32,000 bases of DNA from Pseudodesulfovibrio piezophilus C1TLV30. GTDB taxonomy: Bacteria; Desulfobacterota; Desulfovibrionia; Desulfovibrionales; Desulfovibrionaceae. A program made the position numbers and the translations under genes. The notes under the pieces were generated by a model that did no database searches, had not been told where the DNA came from, and worked only from the letters and a program-made list of their open reading frames with translations. Location: assembly GCF_000341895.1 (NCBI RefSeq), contig NC_020409.1:1050001-1082000 (forward strand), given 5' to 3'. Below are positions 7,963 to 16,643 of the stretch, piece by piece (the stretch's first letter is position 1; each line of letters begins with the position of its first letter).

Positions 7963-7978
7963 TGGCACGTAACATGCA
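7963..7978 (+). promoter_or_regulatory. Sigma-54 (-24/-12) promoter for the Maf-like gene
   Basis: TGGCACGTAACATGCA has canonical GG/GC spacing and lies about 46 nt upstream of the ATG at 8023. It shares TGGCACGT-N4-ATGC with the promoter at 5446..5461. Confidence 0.6.
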
Positions 7979-8022
7979 AAACCCTGCAAAAAAAAGCACA
8001 ACTTTCTACGAAAGGATTTGGC

Positions 8023-9792
8023 ATGACCGCTTACCCTCATTTACAGCCCAACATAGAATACCTCCAGCGTACAGGAAATCCAATTTACCAATGGCTCACT
8101 GCGCAGGATTTTCAGCAGGACAAGTTGTTGAAAAATATTTTCATCAATAAATTCGGAATACACGATTGGCGCATGGAAACAGGGCAAGGAATGTTTGAAG
8201 CAATGCCTCCCCAAGGTATTTACCAAAACTGGATTCACAATGAAAAACCGGATACTTCAGCGACATTCATAGTCGGTGCAAACCTCGGTTATGGAGTGAA
8301 CCACATCCTTTCCAAAACCCCGGACTCTCACAAGGTCATGCTCCTCGAGCCTCGCGCCGAAATGATTTTAGCCTGCCTGGGACAAACAGATTATCGTCCT
8401 TTTTTCGAAGCCAAAAAATTCCACATCCTGGTTCCTGATCACGATTTCATCAATGAAGTCATCCGCAATCTCGACCTCCAGTTCATCTATGGTCAGATTC
8501 ACCTCAAGGCTGATATTCCCAGCCAACAAATGGGGCCAGAGTATGCTCGATGGACACGCATCGTCAGAGATAAACTGGAAAACTTTTCTCTGGAACTGTC
8601 TACTCTACGTTTCAGACAAGACATTATGGTCGGAAATGAAATTCACAATTTCAAAAGGGCCTTGAAGGACGGATCCCTGAAAAGTCTGCAAGGCAAGGCT
8701 CAGGGAGTTGGCGGCGTCATCCTGGGTGCAGGTCCAAGCCTGGAGGAAAATGTTCCGGCCTTGAAAGCCAATCGCGGTCACGTTTTGTATACCTGCGCCC
8801 TTCAAACCGTTCCGGTACTTCACCAACTGGGATTGAAGCCGCACTTTTGCGCTGCCATTGATTACGACAAGAGTATGCTTGATGTTTTCATGCGACTTGA
8901 CCCCGACTTTGCGCATGACATTCCTCTCATATATTCAACCAAGCTCAACCCGGAAGTCGTCAAGCGATATCCGGGTCCCACTCTTCCCCTGTGGACTGTG
9001 GGCGGCATGGGAACCTATGTCATGAAAGAGCGTGATCTGGTCCTCGACGCTGGCGGCAATGTTTCCGTCACCCTATCACGCCTATTGCGGTGGTGCGGAG
9101 TCAGCCACATGGTCATGGTCGGCCAGGATTACGCATGGCTCAACAACAAATCTCACGCAGCAGGCCATCACCACCATTCAACCAACATGAAACTGCAAAG
9201 TTTTCACCAGACCACCACCAACATGGATGGCGAAGAAATTCTGACCACCGTACAATACATGACAGCCAAACGTGAGTTGGAAGACGATTTACGCCAATCT
9301 TCCTTCCCCGTGTACAATATCTATGGCGGCGGTGTTCCCATAAACGGCACCAAACCCATCGACATTGCAAAGGCGTACAAGCAGGGAATTCTCGCCTCCG
9401 CTCCCGGCAGTGTGGATCGTTTCATGACAGAGTTGGTAAGCTGCAAGCATAAGGGAGAAAGCATCTTCTTCGAACCAAGAGGTCCACGCTGGTCTACATC
9501 CCTTCGCAATGCGGAAAAACATCTCGGTAAATTATTCAAGAGCCTGACGGCAAACCAAAAGGATATTCACGAGACATTCAAACGTGTGGAAATGTTCATC
9601 AAGCAAGACCCTCTCTATATGCCGTACCTTTTCAATGAAGCCATTGACCTGGCAGGACTGACCCGTGCCAAACAAAAGTACGAGATCAAGGATTTTCCCG
9701 AATTCAAACGTATTGCCAAATGCGTGATGAAAAAAGTGCGCGAAATAGATCGACTCGTCTGCACTGATCTCAAAAATCAGGATGTGGCCTGA
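8023..9792 (+). CDS. Motility-associated-factor (Maf)-like glycosyltransferase family protein (DUF115 / MptE-like core)
   Basis: The central segment VILGAGPSLEENVPALKANRGHVLYTCALQTVPVLHQLGLKPHFCAAIDYD matches the DUF115 pattern (GxGPSL...PDy..D-type), and the size is typical of Maf proteins. I set the start at ATG 8023 (SD aaagga upstream). The tracked start at 7849 would overlap the divergent gene and the promoter. Confidence 0.65.
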   Translation: MTAYPHLQPNIEYLQRTGNPIYQWLTAQDFQQDKLLKNIFINKFGIHDWRMETGQGMFEAMPPQGIYQNWIHNEKPDTSATFIVGANLGYGVNHILSKTPDSHKVMLLEPRAEMILACLGQTDYRPFFEAKKFHILVPDHDFINEVIRNLDLQFIYGQIHLKADIPSQQMGPEYARWTRIVRDKLENFSLELSTLRFRQDIMVGNEIHNFKRALKDGSLKSLQGKAQGVGGVILGAGPSLEENVPALKANRGHVLYTCALQTVPVLHQLGLKPHFCAAIDYDKSMLDVFMRLDPDFAHDIPLIYSTKLNPEVVKRYPGPTLPLWTVGGMGTYVMKERDLVLDAGGNVSVTLSRLLRWCGVSHMVMVGQDYAWLNNKSHAAGHHHHSTNMKLQSFHQTTTNMDGEEILTTVQYMTAKRELEDDLRQSSFPVYNIYGGGVPINGTKPIDIAKAYKQGILASAPGSVDRFMTELVSCKHKGESIFFEPRGPRWSTSLRNAEKHLGKLFKSLTANQKDIHETFKRVEMFIKQDPLYMPYLFNEAIDLAGLTRAKQKYEIKDFPEFKRIAKCVMKKVREIDRLVCTDLKNQDVA

Positions 9793-9814
9793 TCCACTTC
9801 TCAAAGAGAAAAAG

Positions 9815-9846
9815 AGCGGGCCGTATTTCTGAAAATGCGGCCCGCT
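9815..9846. terminator. Bidirectional terminator between convergent maf-like and cytochrome genes
   Basis: The stem is agcgggccg(9815-9823)/cggcccgct(9838-9846). TGTTTAT follows on the plus strand and CTTTTTCTCTTT follows on the minus strand. Confidence 0.75.
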
Positions 9847-9878
9847 TGTTTATGGATGGAGAGGGAGTCGTCGCTCTA

Positions 9879-12356
9879 TCAGGGTCTCTTCTTACGACGA
9901 ACGAGTAACCAGAGTACCAGGAGTATGACTGCGCCGGTTCCGAAGACTTCCACGTTGGAAGCCAGGAACATGATGCGACCGACCAGGTGCTGATGCTCCT
10001 TATCCGTCACCGGAATCAACCCCAACCGACTGCCCGTAATGGAAAGGATGGCATAGGCAATGGCACCATCCGGAACTTCCTTATGGCAGGCGACACAAAC
10101 ACCGACACGCTCCATTTTGGAACGCTGCTCGGCCGTGAGAGGCCCGGAAGTCGGCCAATGGGACCCGACTGTCTGCAACTGTTTGCCATCCCGAGTTATT
10201 ATCTGGTCAAGAGTCATGGGCAAATCCGGGATAGGCGACACCTGGTACTTGGCATGAGTGGATAACAACTCACCGGTGTTCGTCATCATCTCTGCATAGA
10301 CGCCCTGCTGGTACGACTTCATGTAACGCCCGTCATGCGTCCCATACCCAAGAGCCTTTGAAGAAGCATGGCAGGAAACGCAGTCCCGAGCCTCCCGTGT
10401 CGTGGTATGAGGTGCGGCCGGAGCCATGTCCAACCCGCGCAACCCAGCTTTTGCTCCATACTCAGGTCCGTTGGGCGTCGTCCAGATCTTATTATTGATG
10501 ACTGTCTTTCCGTCCGGCCCAATCACCGTTGTTATCTGCTGGCAACCTGGAATGACCGGAGTTACTCGTCCTTCTCCATTAATGCCCAGCACCGGATTTT
10601 CCCATCGCAGATAAGAGCGGCTCTCGCTCGCCTTGCCCATAAGTTTTTGTTGCTGGTTGGTTCCGTCAGCCAGCCGGGCATTCCCGGTGGCGACCCAATC
10701 CGTATCAGACTTGTCGCCCGAATAATCCACTTTGATATGGCATCCGTAGCATTGGGGAGCCCAAGCGGAGTGGCAGGCATAGCATTCCATCTTGGCCACA
10801 TGCTCGGTGTTGCGAATTTTCGCAGCCATGGCCTTTTCCGGTTCCTTCCATTTGTTCTCCTTGGCAATACCCTTGAGTGCCGGGACTTCAAAGTCCAACC
10901 CCGTTGCCGAGTGAACGATAACTTTATCTCCCTTGCGCACAATATTCCCAAGCGGGTTCCCGCGGGCAGAGAGAATATAGCCATCCTCCATGGGATATAT
11001 CATTCCACTGGCAACCTCGGACGGCAAGGAATCAGCGGTTCCCCGGCCATTTTCCATATCCAATTCGTTCCCGAATTCGTCACCGAACCCGAGGGGCAAT
11101 TCCCATGGATACTTCTGTGCCGTACCATGGCAGTCAGCGCACTCAATTTCCACATTGGCCAGGAGGGTCCCGGTTATATTTCCGTTCCCATGCATCGAAG
11201 TGGTTGCGTGGCAATCCTGACAAAGCAACCCGCCTTCAGGATTCCCTTCACGGGACTTGAGCCTGTGATGAACATCGTCCTGAATGGGGGTATAGTATTT
11301 GGTATGCAGTTTTGGCATTTTGGAACCATCTGCCGTAAACGGCGTCCCATAGGGGAATTCCATCAGCCCCTGATACGACATTCCAATACGCTTGCCTCTG
11401 TTATGACAGGAAGCGCATGTTTCCTGCGGAATACCCGAATAGACCTTGCCATTGACCACGACCTTGGCGTCGCGAGAGGCCTGGATAGAGTGAACAAGCA
11501 TACGCCCGCTCTTCTCTCTGGGAACTGTGACATCCCCACCTTCATAAAAACCTTCATTAGAGTACGGAATATGGCAGGAGGCACACCCCATGCCACGGAA
11601 ATCGCCTCGCCTGTCGCGGCCTTTGACACCAACATGGCAGCGCTGGCATTGAGAGCGGATATAAGTATACACCGCCGTTTCAGGATTGGCGGCGACAGTT
11701 TCCACATCAGTGGCAGGCATGACCTTGAGTCTTTGAGGAAAAACATCCGGATTGGCCTGCATCAATTGACGAGTATACGCTTTGTATTCCTCGGTCCCGA
11801 AAACCGGAGTATCGCCATCCGGGTCATCTATGTCATAATTTCCATAGATAACCTTCATGCCGGTCCCTGCCGATCCCCAGCCCCACAGGCAGCCAGCGAT
11901 CTTGCCCGCCTCAGTCTGCATGATGGATCGATGCCCGGCATAGACCCAATCTTCATGACACTGACCACATGTCTTGCCATTGACCCACATTGAACCGGCG
12001 TGTGTGACAAATTCTGTCAGGAGACTTCCTCCAGGCACACCGGTATGAGCGATCTTGGCATCCTTTTCCTCTGTCGGATTTCCCCCATGGCACACAACAC
12101 ACCCATTCGGGTCGCCCAATGCGGCTCCTTTGGCATAAATCTGCCGAGCCATCTCCGAATCATGTGCGCGTATCGGCTCAACTCCGGCGTGGCATTTTCC
12201 GGGTGCCAAACACCCTGTATTTTGAGCCGGATATCCGGCTGGGTCCATTTCCGATACCGGAATATTTCCGGCAAAGGCCATGATCGGAAGCATCACCAGC
12301 CCCATGGTGATACCCGATAACAGCATGCGTCGAAGCAAACACTCAACTGTTTTCAT
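9879..12356 (-). CDS. Multiheme cytochrome c (11 CXXCH motifs) with signal peptide and C-terminal membrane anchor
   Basis: The heme motifs are CVVCH, CGQCH, CQRCH, CASCH x2, CQDCH, CADCH, CYACH, CYGCH, CVSCH and CVACH. The N-terminal signal-like segment is MKTVECLLRRMLLSGITMGLVMLPIMAFAG. The C-terminus FGTGAVILLVLWLLVRRKKRP is a TM helix plus a basic tail. I chose the start at ATG 12356 because of the SD AGGAGAGG just upstream. Confidence 0.85.
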   Translation of the reverse strand: MKTVECLLRRMLLSGITMGLVMLPIMAFAGNIPVSEMDPAGYPAQNTGCLAPGKCHAGVEPIRAHDSEMARQIYAKGAALGDPNGCVVCHGGNPTEEKDAKIAHTGVPGGSLLTEFVTHAGSMWVNGKTCGQCHEDWVYAGHRSIMQTEAGKIAGCLWGWGSAGTGMKVIYGNYDIDDPDGDTPVFGTEEYKAYTRQLMQANPDVFPQRLKVMPATDVETVAANPETAVYTYIRSQCQRCHVGVKGRDRRGDFRGMGCASCHIPYSNEGFYEGGDVTVPREKSGRMLVHSIQASRDAKVVVNGKVYSGIPQETCASCHNRGKRIGMSYQGLMEFPYGTPFTADGSKMPKLHTKYYTPIQDDVHHRLKSREGNPEGGLLCQDCHATTSMHGNGNITGTLLANVEIECADCHGTAQKYPWELPLGFGDEFGNELDMENGRGTADSLPSEVASGMIYPMEDGYILSARGNPLGNIVRKGDKVIVHSATGLDFEVPALKGIAKENKWKEPEKAMAAKIRNTEHVAKMECYACHSAWAPQCYGCHIKVDYSGDKSDTDWVATGNARLADGTNQQQKLMGKASESRSYLRWENPVLGINGEGRVTPVIPGCQQITTVIGPDGKTVINNKIWTTPNGPEYGAKAGLRGLDMAPAAPHTTTREARDCVSCHASSKALGYGTHDGRYMKSYQQGVYAEMMTNTGELLSTHAKYQVSPIPDLPMTLDQIITRDGKQLQTVGSHWPTSGPLTAEQRSKMERVGVCVACHKEVPDGAIAYAILSITGSRLGLIPVTDKEHQHLVGRIMFLASNVEVFGTGAVILLVLWLLVRRKKRP

Positions 12357-12510
12357 AACGCCTCTCCTATAAAGATCCATTTCACACAATTACAGCTCCC
12401 ATAGCATGATTGACACAATCATGTACAGGTGAAGGCAATTTTGATGCGGTTATAAATATTGCACGCCAGAACGGTATGACCGGTCTCAACGCACCTTTTA
12501 CAAATAACTG

Positions 12511-12566
12511 TTGACAGGTTAACAAAGCGGATGTAGATCCGAATCAACAAACTGTTAACATGTCAA
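12511..12566. promoter_or_regulatory. Putative MarR operator: 14-bp inverted repeat pair, overlapping a TTGACA -35-like hexamer
   Basis: ttgacaggttaaca (12511-12524) matches the reverse complement of tgttaacatgtcaa (12553-12566) at 13 of 14 positions. The copies are 28 bp apart and each contains GTTAAC. The element lies in the divergent region between the cytochrome and marR genes, and the second copy ends 14 nt before the marR ATG. Confidence 0.45.
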
Positions 12567-12579
12567 CAAAGGCCCAAAG

Positions 12580-13056
12580 ATGATTGATTTCAGAAAACGT
12601 CGATTGGATAGCCTGGGGTTTCGAGTCGCACGCCTCTTCAGGATAAACGGTTGTCTACTTGAGAAAAAACTGGCGGGGAGCGGCCTGACGATGGGACAGG
12701 TTCCCTACATCCAAATAACTTTGGAAAAGGGAGGCCAGACACAGGATCAACTGGCCGCTCGAGCCTGCGTCAACCGGGCTGCAACGGCTCGGACACTCAA
12801 GACTTTGGAAAAACTGGATTTTGTCGTCAGAAAGGAAAATCCCAAAAACAGGCGGCAAAAACTGGTCTACCCCACGGACAAGGCCCGCGAGGTTTTACCC
12901 CATCTGCTTGGCATATTGGATGAACATGATGATATGATGTTCAATGATTTCTCCACCGAAGAAAAGGAACTCCTCCTTCGCCTGTTGGATAGAGTCATAG
13001 GGACCGTCAAGACTGAGCTAGGATCATGCGGGAAGGAAAGCTGCTATGAAAGATGA
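12580..13056 (+). CDS. MarR family transcriptional regulator
   Basis: 158 aa. The winged-helix region is GQVPYIQITLEKGGQTQDQLAARACVNRAATARTLKTLEKLDFVVRKENPKNRRQKLVYPTDKA, which is the typical MarR layout. Confidence 0.85.
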   Translation: MIDFRKRRLDSLGFRVARLFRINGCLLEKKLAGSGLTMGQVPYIQITLEKGGQTQDQLAARACVNRAATARTLKTLEKLDFVVRKENPKNRRQKLVYPTDKAREVLPHLLGILDEHDDMMFNDFSTEEKELLLRLLDRVIGTVKTELGSCGKESCYER

Positions 13057-14437
13057 AAGAACCACAGGTCTTATGACCATCACCATCACCCAATTTGCGC
13101 TGGTGTTCATGCTCTCGGCCGTGGCTGTGGCTGTCCCCGCACTGGGGCTGGAATTCGGTGCAAGCGCTTCACAACTCGGACTGGTTGAATCCGGTTACAT
13201 CTCTGCCGTTGCCATGTTGCTTTTCCCGGTCACCCGACTTTCGGACAAAATCGGCCGAGGGACAACCTTTGCGGTTGGAGTCGCCTGGTTCACCATGATC
13301 AGCCTGCTTATTCCAATTTGCCAGACCATTACCCAATTCATCATTTTACGTGTCTTTCAAGGAGCGGGTGGTGCCATGATGGTTTCCACCGGACTGGCAA
13401 TCCTTGCGGACCTTTACCCCGGACCGGGACGGGCAAAGGCCATGGGTATCGCTTCAGCAGGCGTCTATCTGGGCCTCTCCGCAGGCCCATGGCTCGGAGG
13501 TATGATCGTCACTCACTGGGGATGGCGTTGGATTTTCTATGCCGGAGCGCTCCCGTGTCTTCTCGGCTTGATTCTTTCGCTCAAGACCTTGCCGGTCAAA
13601 CCAGTCATAACCCGTGGGATTCGTTTTGACTGGGGAGGTGCGATCCTGTGCGCCTTGGGAATGATCATGCTCTCCCAGGGAGGCTCTCACCTCAATGACA
13701 CCAGCGGAAAAGTCATGCTGATTGTGGGACTCCTTTCTCTCGCAGCCTTTGTTCTCTGGGAAAAACGAACCAAAGAGCCCTTGCTGGACATGACTCTTTT
13801 TGAAGGGAATCCATCATTTTCTTTGGGAAGTGCGGTTCAATTCATCAGCTATGCCGCCACATTCGGTGTCACCTTCCTGATATCACTCTACTTGCAGATA
13901 GCCCAAGGCATGACCGCCAGTGAAGCTGGAATAATTCTTATGGCCCAACCTGTCATGCAGGTGCTCTTTTCTCTCATCAGTGGTAACTGGTGCGAACGCT
14001 GGCCCGCCTACATCATCGCGACCCTCGGCATGGTCTTGGCAACTCTTGGCCTTGGCGTTGCCATCTTCCTCGGCACAGAAGGATCACTCCCCTTGATACT
14101 CATCATACTGGGATTATGCGGTGCGGGGAGTGCCATTTTCGCCACGGCAAACATGGCGGTTATCATGGGAGCAGTCAGTCGGGAAAATTATGGTGTCGCT
14201 TCCGCAGTGGTCGCAGGTATGCGAACCACGGGAATGACCGTGAGCCTCGTCTTCATCAGTGCGGTCTTTGCTATCATCATCGGCCCTGCATCGCTGCACA
14301 AGGGTGACGGCGAGATATATGTCACAGCCATGAATGCCGCCTTCATCTCCCTCACCGTTTTCAGCGCGTTCGGAGTCATCATGTCAGCCCGCGCTCGCAA
14401 AAAACACAGCACGGTTCGAGAGGAATATTCAGGTTAA
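13046..14437 (+). CDS. MFS transporter (DHA2/EmrB-like drug:H+ antiporter family)
   Basis: 463 aa with about 14 hydrophobic segments and the MFS motif LSDKIGRG. It overlaps the marR stop by 11 nt, so the two are an operon. Confidence 0.8.
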   Translation: MKDERTTGLMTITITQFALVFMLSAVAVAVPALGLEFGASASQLGLVESGYISAVAMLLFPVTRLSDKIGRGTTFAVGVAWFTMISLLIPICQTITQFIILRVFQGAGGAMMVSTGLAILADLYPGPGRAKAMGIASAGVYLGLSAGPWLGGMIVTHWGWRWIFYAGALPCLLGLILSLKTLPVKPVITRGIRFDWGGAILCALGMIMLSQGGSHLNDTSGKVMLIVGLLSLAAFVLWEKRTKEPLLDMTLFEGNPSFSLGSAVQFISYAATFGVTFLISLYLQIAQGMTASEAGIILMAQPVMQVLFSLISGNWCERWPAYIIATLGMVLATLGLGVAIFLGTEGSLPLILIILGLCGAGSAIFATANMAVIMGAVSRENYGVASAVVAGMRTTGMTVSLVFISAVFAIIIGPASLHKGDGEIYVTAMNAAFISLTVFSAFGVIMSARARKKHSTVREEYSG

Positions 14438-14457
14438 AAGAACAATCCCCCTCAAAC

Positions 14458-14496
14458 AAACAGGCTTTGACGAGGACAATCCGTCAAAGCCTGTTT
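14458..14496. terminator. Bidirectional terminator between MFS and pgm
   Basis: A perfect 15-bp stem aaacaggctttgacg/cgtcaaagcctgttt, followed by cttattcttttt on the plus strand. Confidence 0.8.
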
Positions 14497-14531
14497 CTTA
14501 TTCTTTTTCAGTCAATTACTTTCTTTTCCCA

Positions 14532-16184
14532 TTAGACTCCGGCCTTTTCAAAAACCGCACTCACAATTGCCTGAGCTTCTTCCTGAATCCGATGAAGGTG
14601 GTCCAGCCCCCGAAAGGATTCGCCATAAATCTTGTAAATATCTTCCGTGCCGGATGGACGGGCTGCAAACCAACCATTCTCGGTTGTCACCTTGAGCCCG
14701 CCGATAGGGGCATTATTTCCCGGTGCGCGAGTAAGCTTGGCTTTGATAGGTTCGCCAGCCAGGGTGTCCGCAGTAACCATTTCCGGGGTCAGGGACTTGA
14801 ACGCCGCTTTTTGCTCTCGTGATGCAGGAGCCTGCATCCGTTCATAGACAGGCGACCCGTATAGCTCTTCCAGCTTCCCGTATAATTCACCTGGGTCGCG
14901 TCCGGTTCGAGCGGTGATTTCCGCAGCCAGAAGATTGAGGATAATGCCATCTTTATCCGTAGTCCAAACCGATCCGTCAAATCTGACAAAACTGGCTCCA
15001 GCTGATTCCTCGCCACCAAAACCGCACGAACCATCCACAAGCCCATCCACAAACCATTTGAATCCCACGGGAACCTCATGTAACCGACGCCCCAGTCCTT
15101 TTGCCACTCTGTCTATCATGGAACTGGAGACCAGCGTCTTGCCGATAGCCGCAGTTTCGGGCCAATCCGGGCGGTGGGAAAACAGATAATCAATGCACAC
15201 CGCAAGATAATGATTTGGATTGAGAAGCCCGGAACTCCGGGTCACAATACCATGCCGGTCGTAATCAGGATCGTTACCGAAAGCGATATCATATTGGTCC
15301 TTGTGCCGAATCAATGAAGCCATAGCCGAAGGAGAAGAACAATCCATGCGAATCTTCCCATCTCCATCAACTGTCATGAAAGAAAAAGTCGGATCAATGG
15401 CGCGGTTGGTCAGCGTCATATCGAGTCCGTACATTTCAGCCAAAGGTTCCCAATAGGCAATGCCCGACCCGCCCATGGGGTCTACGCCGATCTTGAGCTT
15501 TGCTTCTCTGATCATTTCCATATCCACGACATAGCGTAAGTCACTGATATAGGGGGTTACATAGTCATAGGACTCCGTGGTTCCCGCCTTGAGCGCCCTT
15601 TCGTAAGGAATGCGACGAACAGATTTCAACCCCTCTGCCAGAATTTCATTTGCCCTTGCTTCGATAGTTGAAGTGATTCCGGTATCGGCCGGTCCCCCCT
15701 GTGGAGGATTGTATTTATAGCCACCATCCCTTGGCGGATTATGCGAAGGCGTTATCACAACTCCATCGGCAAGACCTGATGTTCGCCCTCGATTCCAGCT
15801 TATTATGGCATGAGAAATAACAGGCGTTGGCGTATAGCCCAGTCCTTTCTGAATCCTTACTGTCACCCCATTGGCAGCGAAGACCTCCAAAGCCGAGGCC
15901 AAAGCAGGTTCACTCAAGGCGTGTGTATCCATACCGAGATACAATGGCCCATTGATACCGACCCGACTCCGATATTCACAGACGGCCTGCGTTACAGCCA
16001 GGATGTGCGCTTCATTAAAACTGCCGTCCAGAGAAGACCCCCGATGTCCAGATGTCCCAAATGCCACTCGGCCACTCGCCTCCAACGGATTCGGCCGAAC
16101 CAAATAATATGCTGAGACAAGCCGTGGGATATTGACAAGAAGTTCTTGAGGTGCAGGCTTTCCGGCCAATTCATGCAGTGCCAC
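14532..16184 (-). CDS. pgm: Phosphoglucomutase (alpha-D-glucose phosphate-specific)
   Basis: The motifs are GTSGHRGS (catalytic Ser loop), GVDPMGGSG (metal loop) and GGEESAG. At about 550 aa it is close to enterobacterial Pgm. I moved the start to GTG 16184, which is preceded by the SD AGGAGA at 6 nt. The tracked ATG at 16244 adds an atypical 20-aa extension. Confidence 0.9.
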   Translation of the reverse strand: MALHELAGKPAPQELLVNIPRLVSAYYLVRPNPLEASGRVAFGTSGHRGSSLDGSFNEAHILAVTQAVCEYRSRVGINGPLYLGMDTHALSEPALASALEVFAANGVTVRIQKGLGYTPTPVISHAIISWNRGRTSGLADGVVITPSHNPPRDGGYKYNPPQGGPADTGITSTIEARANEILAEGLKSVRRIPYERALKAGTTESYDYVTPYISDLRYVVDMEMIREAKLKIGVDPMGGSGIAYWEPLAEMYGLDMTLTNRAIDPTFSFMTVDGDGKIRMDCSSPSAMASLIRHKDQYDIAFGNDPDYDRHGIVTRSSGLLNPNHYLAVCIDYLFSHRPDWPETAAIGKTLVSSSMIDRVAKGLGRRLHEVPVGFKWFVDGLVDGSCGFGGEESAGASFVRFDGSVWTTDKDGIILNLLAAEITARTGRDPGELYGKLEELYGSPVYERMQAPASREQKAAFKSLTPEMVTADTLAGEPIKAKLTRAPGNNAPIGGLKVTTENGWFAARPSGTEDIYKIYGESFRGLDHLHRIQEEAQAIVSAVFEKAGV

Positions 16185-16643
16185 GTCTATTCTCCTGTTA
16201 AGGGTTATAAAACTCCCATCAAATAAAACACATAAAGCAGACACTCTCTCGACCGCTTCTACCTGTTCCTACGTCAGTTTGAACATTCTCACCAGCCCAC
16301 ACCCCCCATGGAAACACCTTAAGGAAAGACGTCAAATCATAACGCGAAAAAATAACGGTACAAAGTACAAAAAATAATTGGATGTTCATAAAAGAAGGAA
16401 GACATACAGTAGAATATTGGCTCTGAAAGCACTCTTTTCAAAGACGATATTTCGTCAAAATTATTTTGTATTCTAAAAGGTATAATCAGGTTTCATTCCA
16501 TATTAACTTGATGTATCCCACGGATGTTTAAAGGCACTATTTCGCCTATATACGTCTGATGAAATTGATAACGATACCCATTCCCAAACAAAAGACAAGT
16601 GGGAGTGCCCAAATCAGGGTTATTTCTTGTCAGGAGCAATACT

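Noticed and set aside
7849-8022. N-terminal extension of the maf-like ORF as tracked (start 7849)
   Set aside because: It would overlap the 5' end of the divergent fusion gene and read through the sigma-54 promoter. The ATG at 8023 has an SD and gives a sensible N-terminus.
10368-11993. 541-aa plus-strand ORF
   Set aside because: It is antisense to the multiheme cytochrome gene, which has 11 CXXCH motifs, a signal peptide and an SD. The translation is Arg/Pro/Ile-rich with no recognisable domains.
12433-12448. AGGCAATTTTGATGCG, sigma-54-like spacing upstream of marR
   Set aside because: The -24 box deviates at two consensus positions (A for T, A for C). It lies 130 nt from the ATG, and a sigma-70-like TTGACA lies closer. 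The support is too weak.
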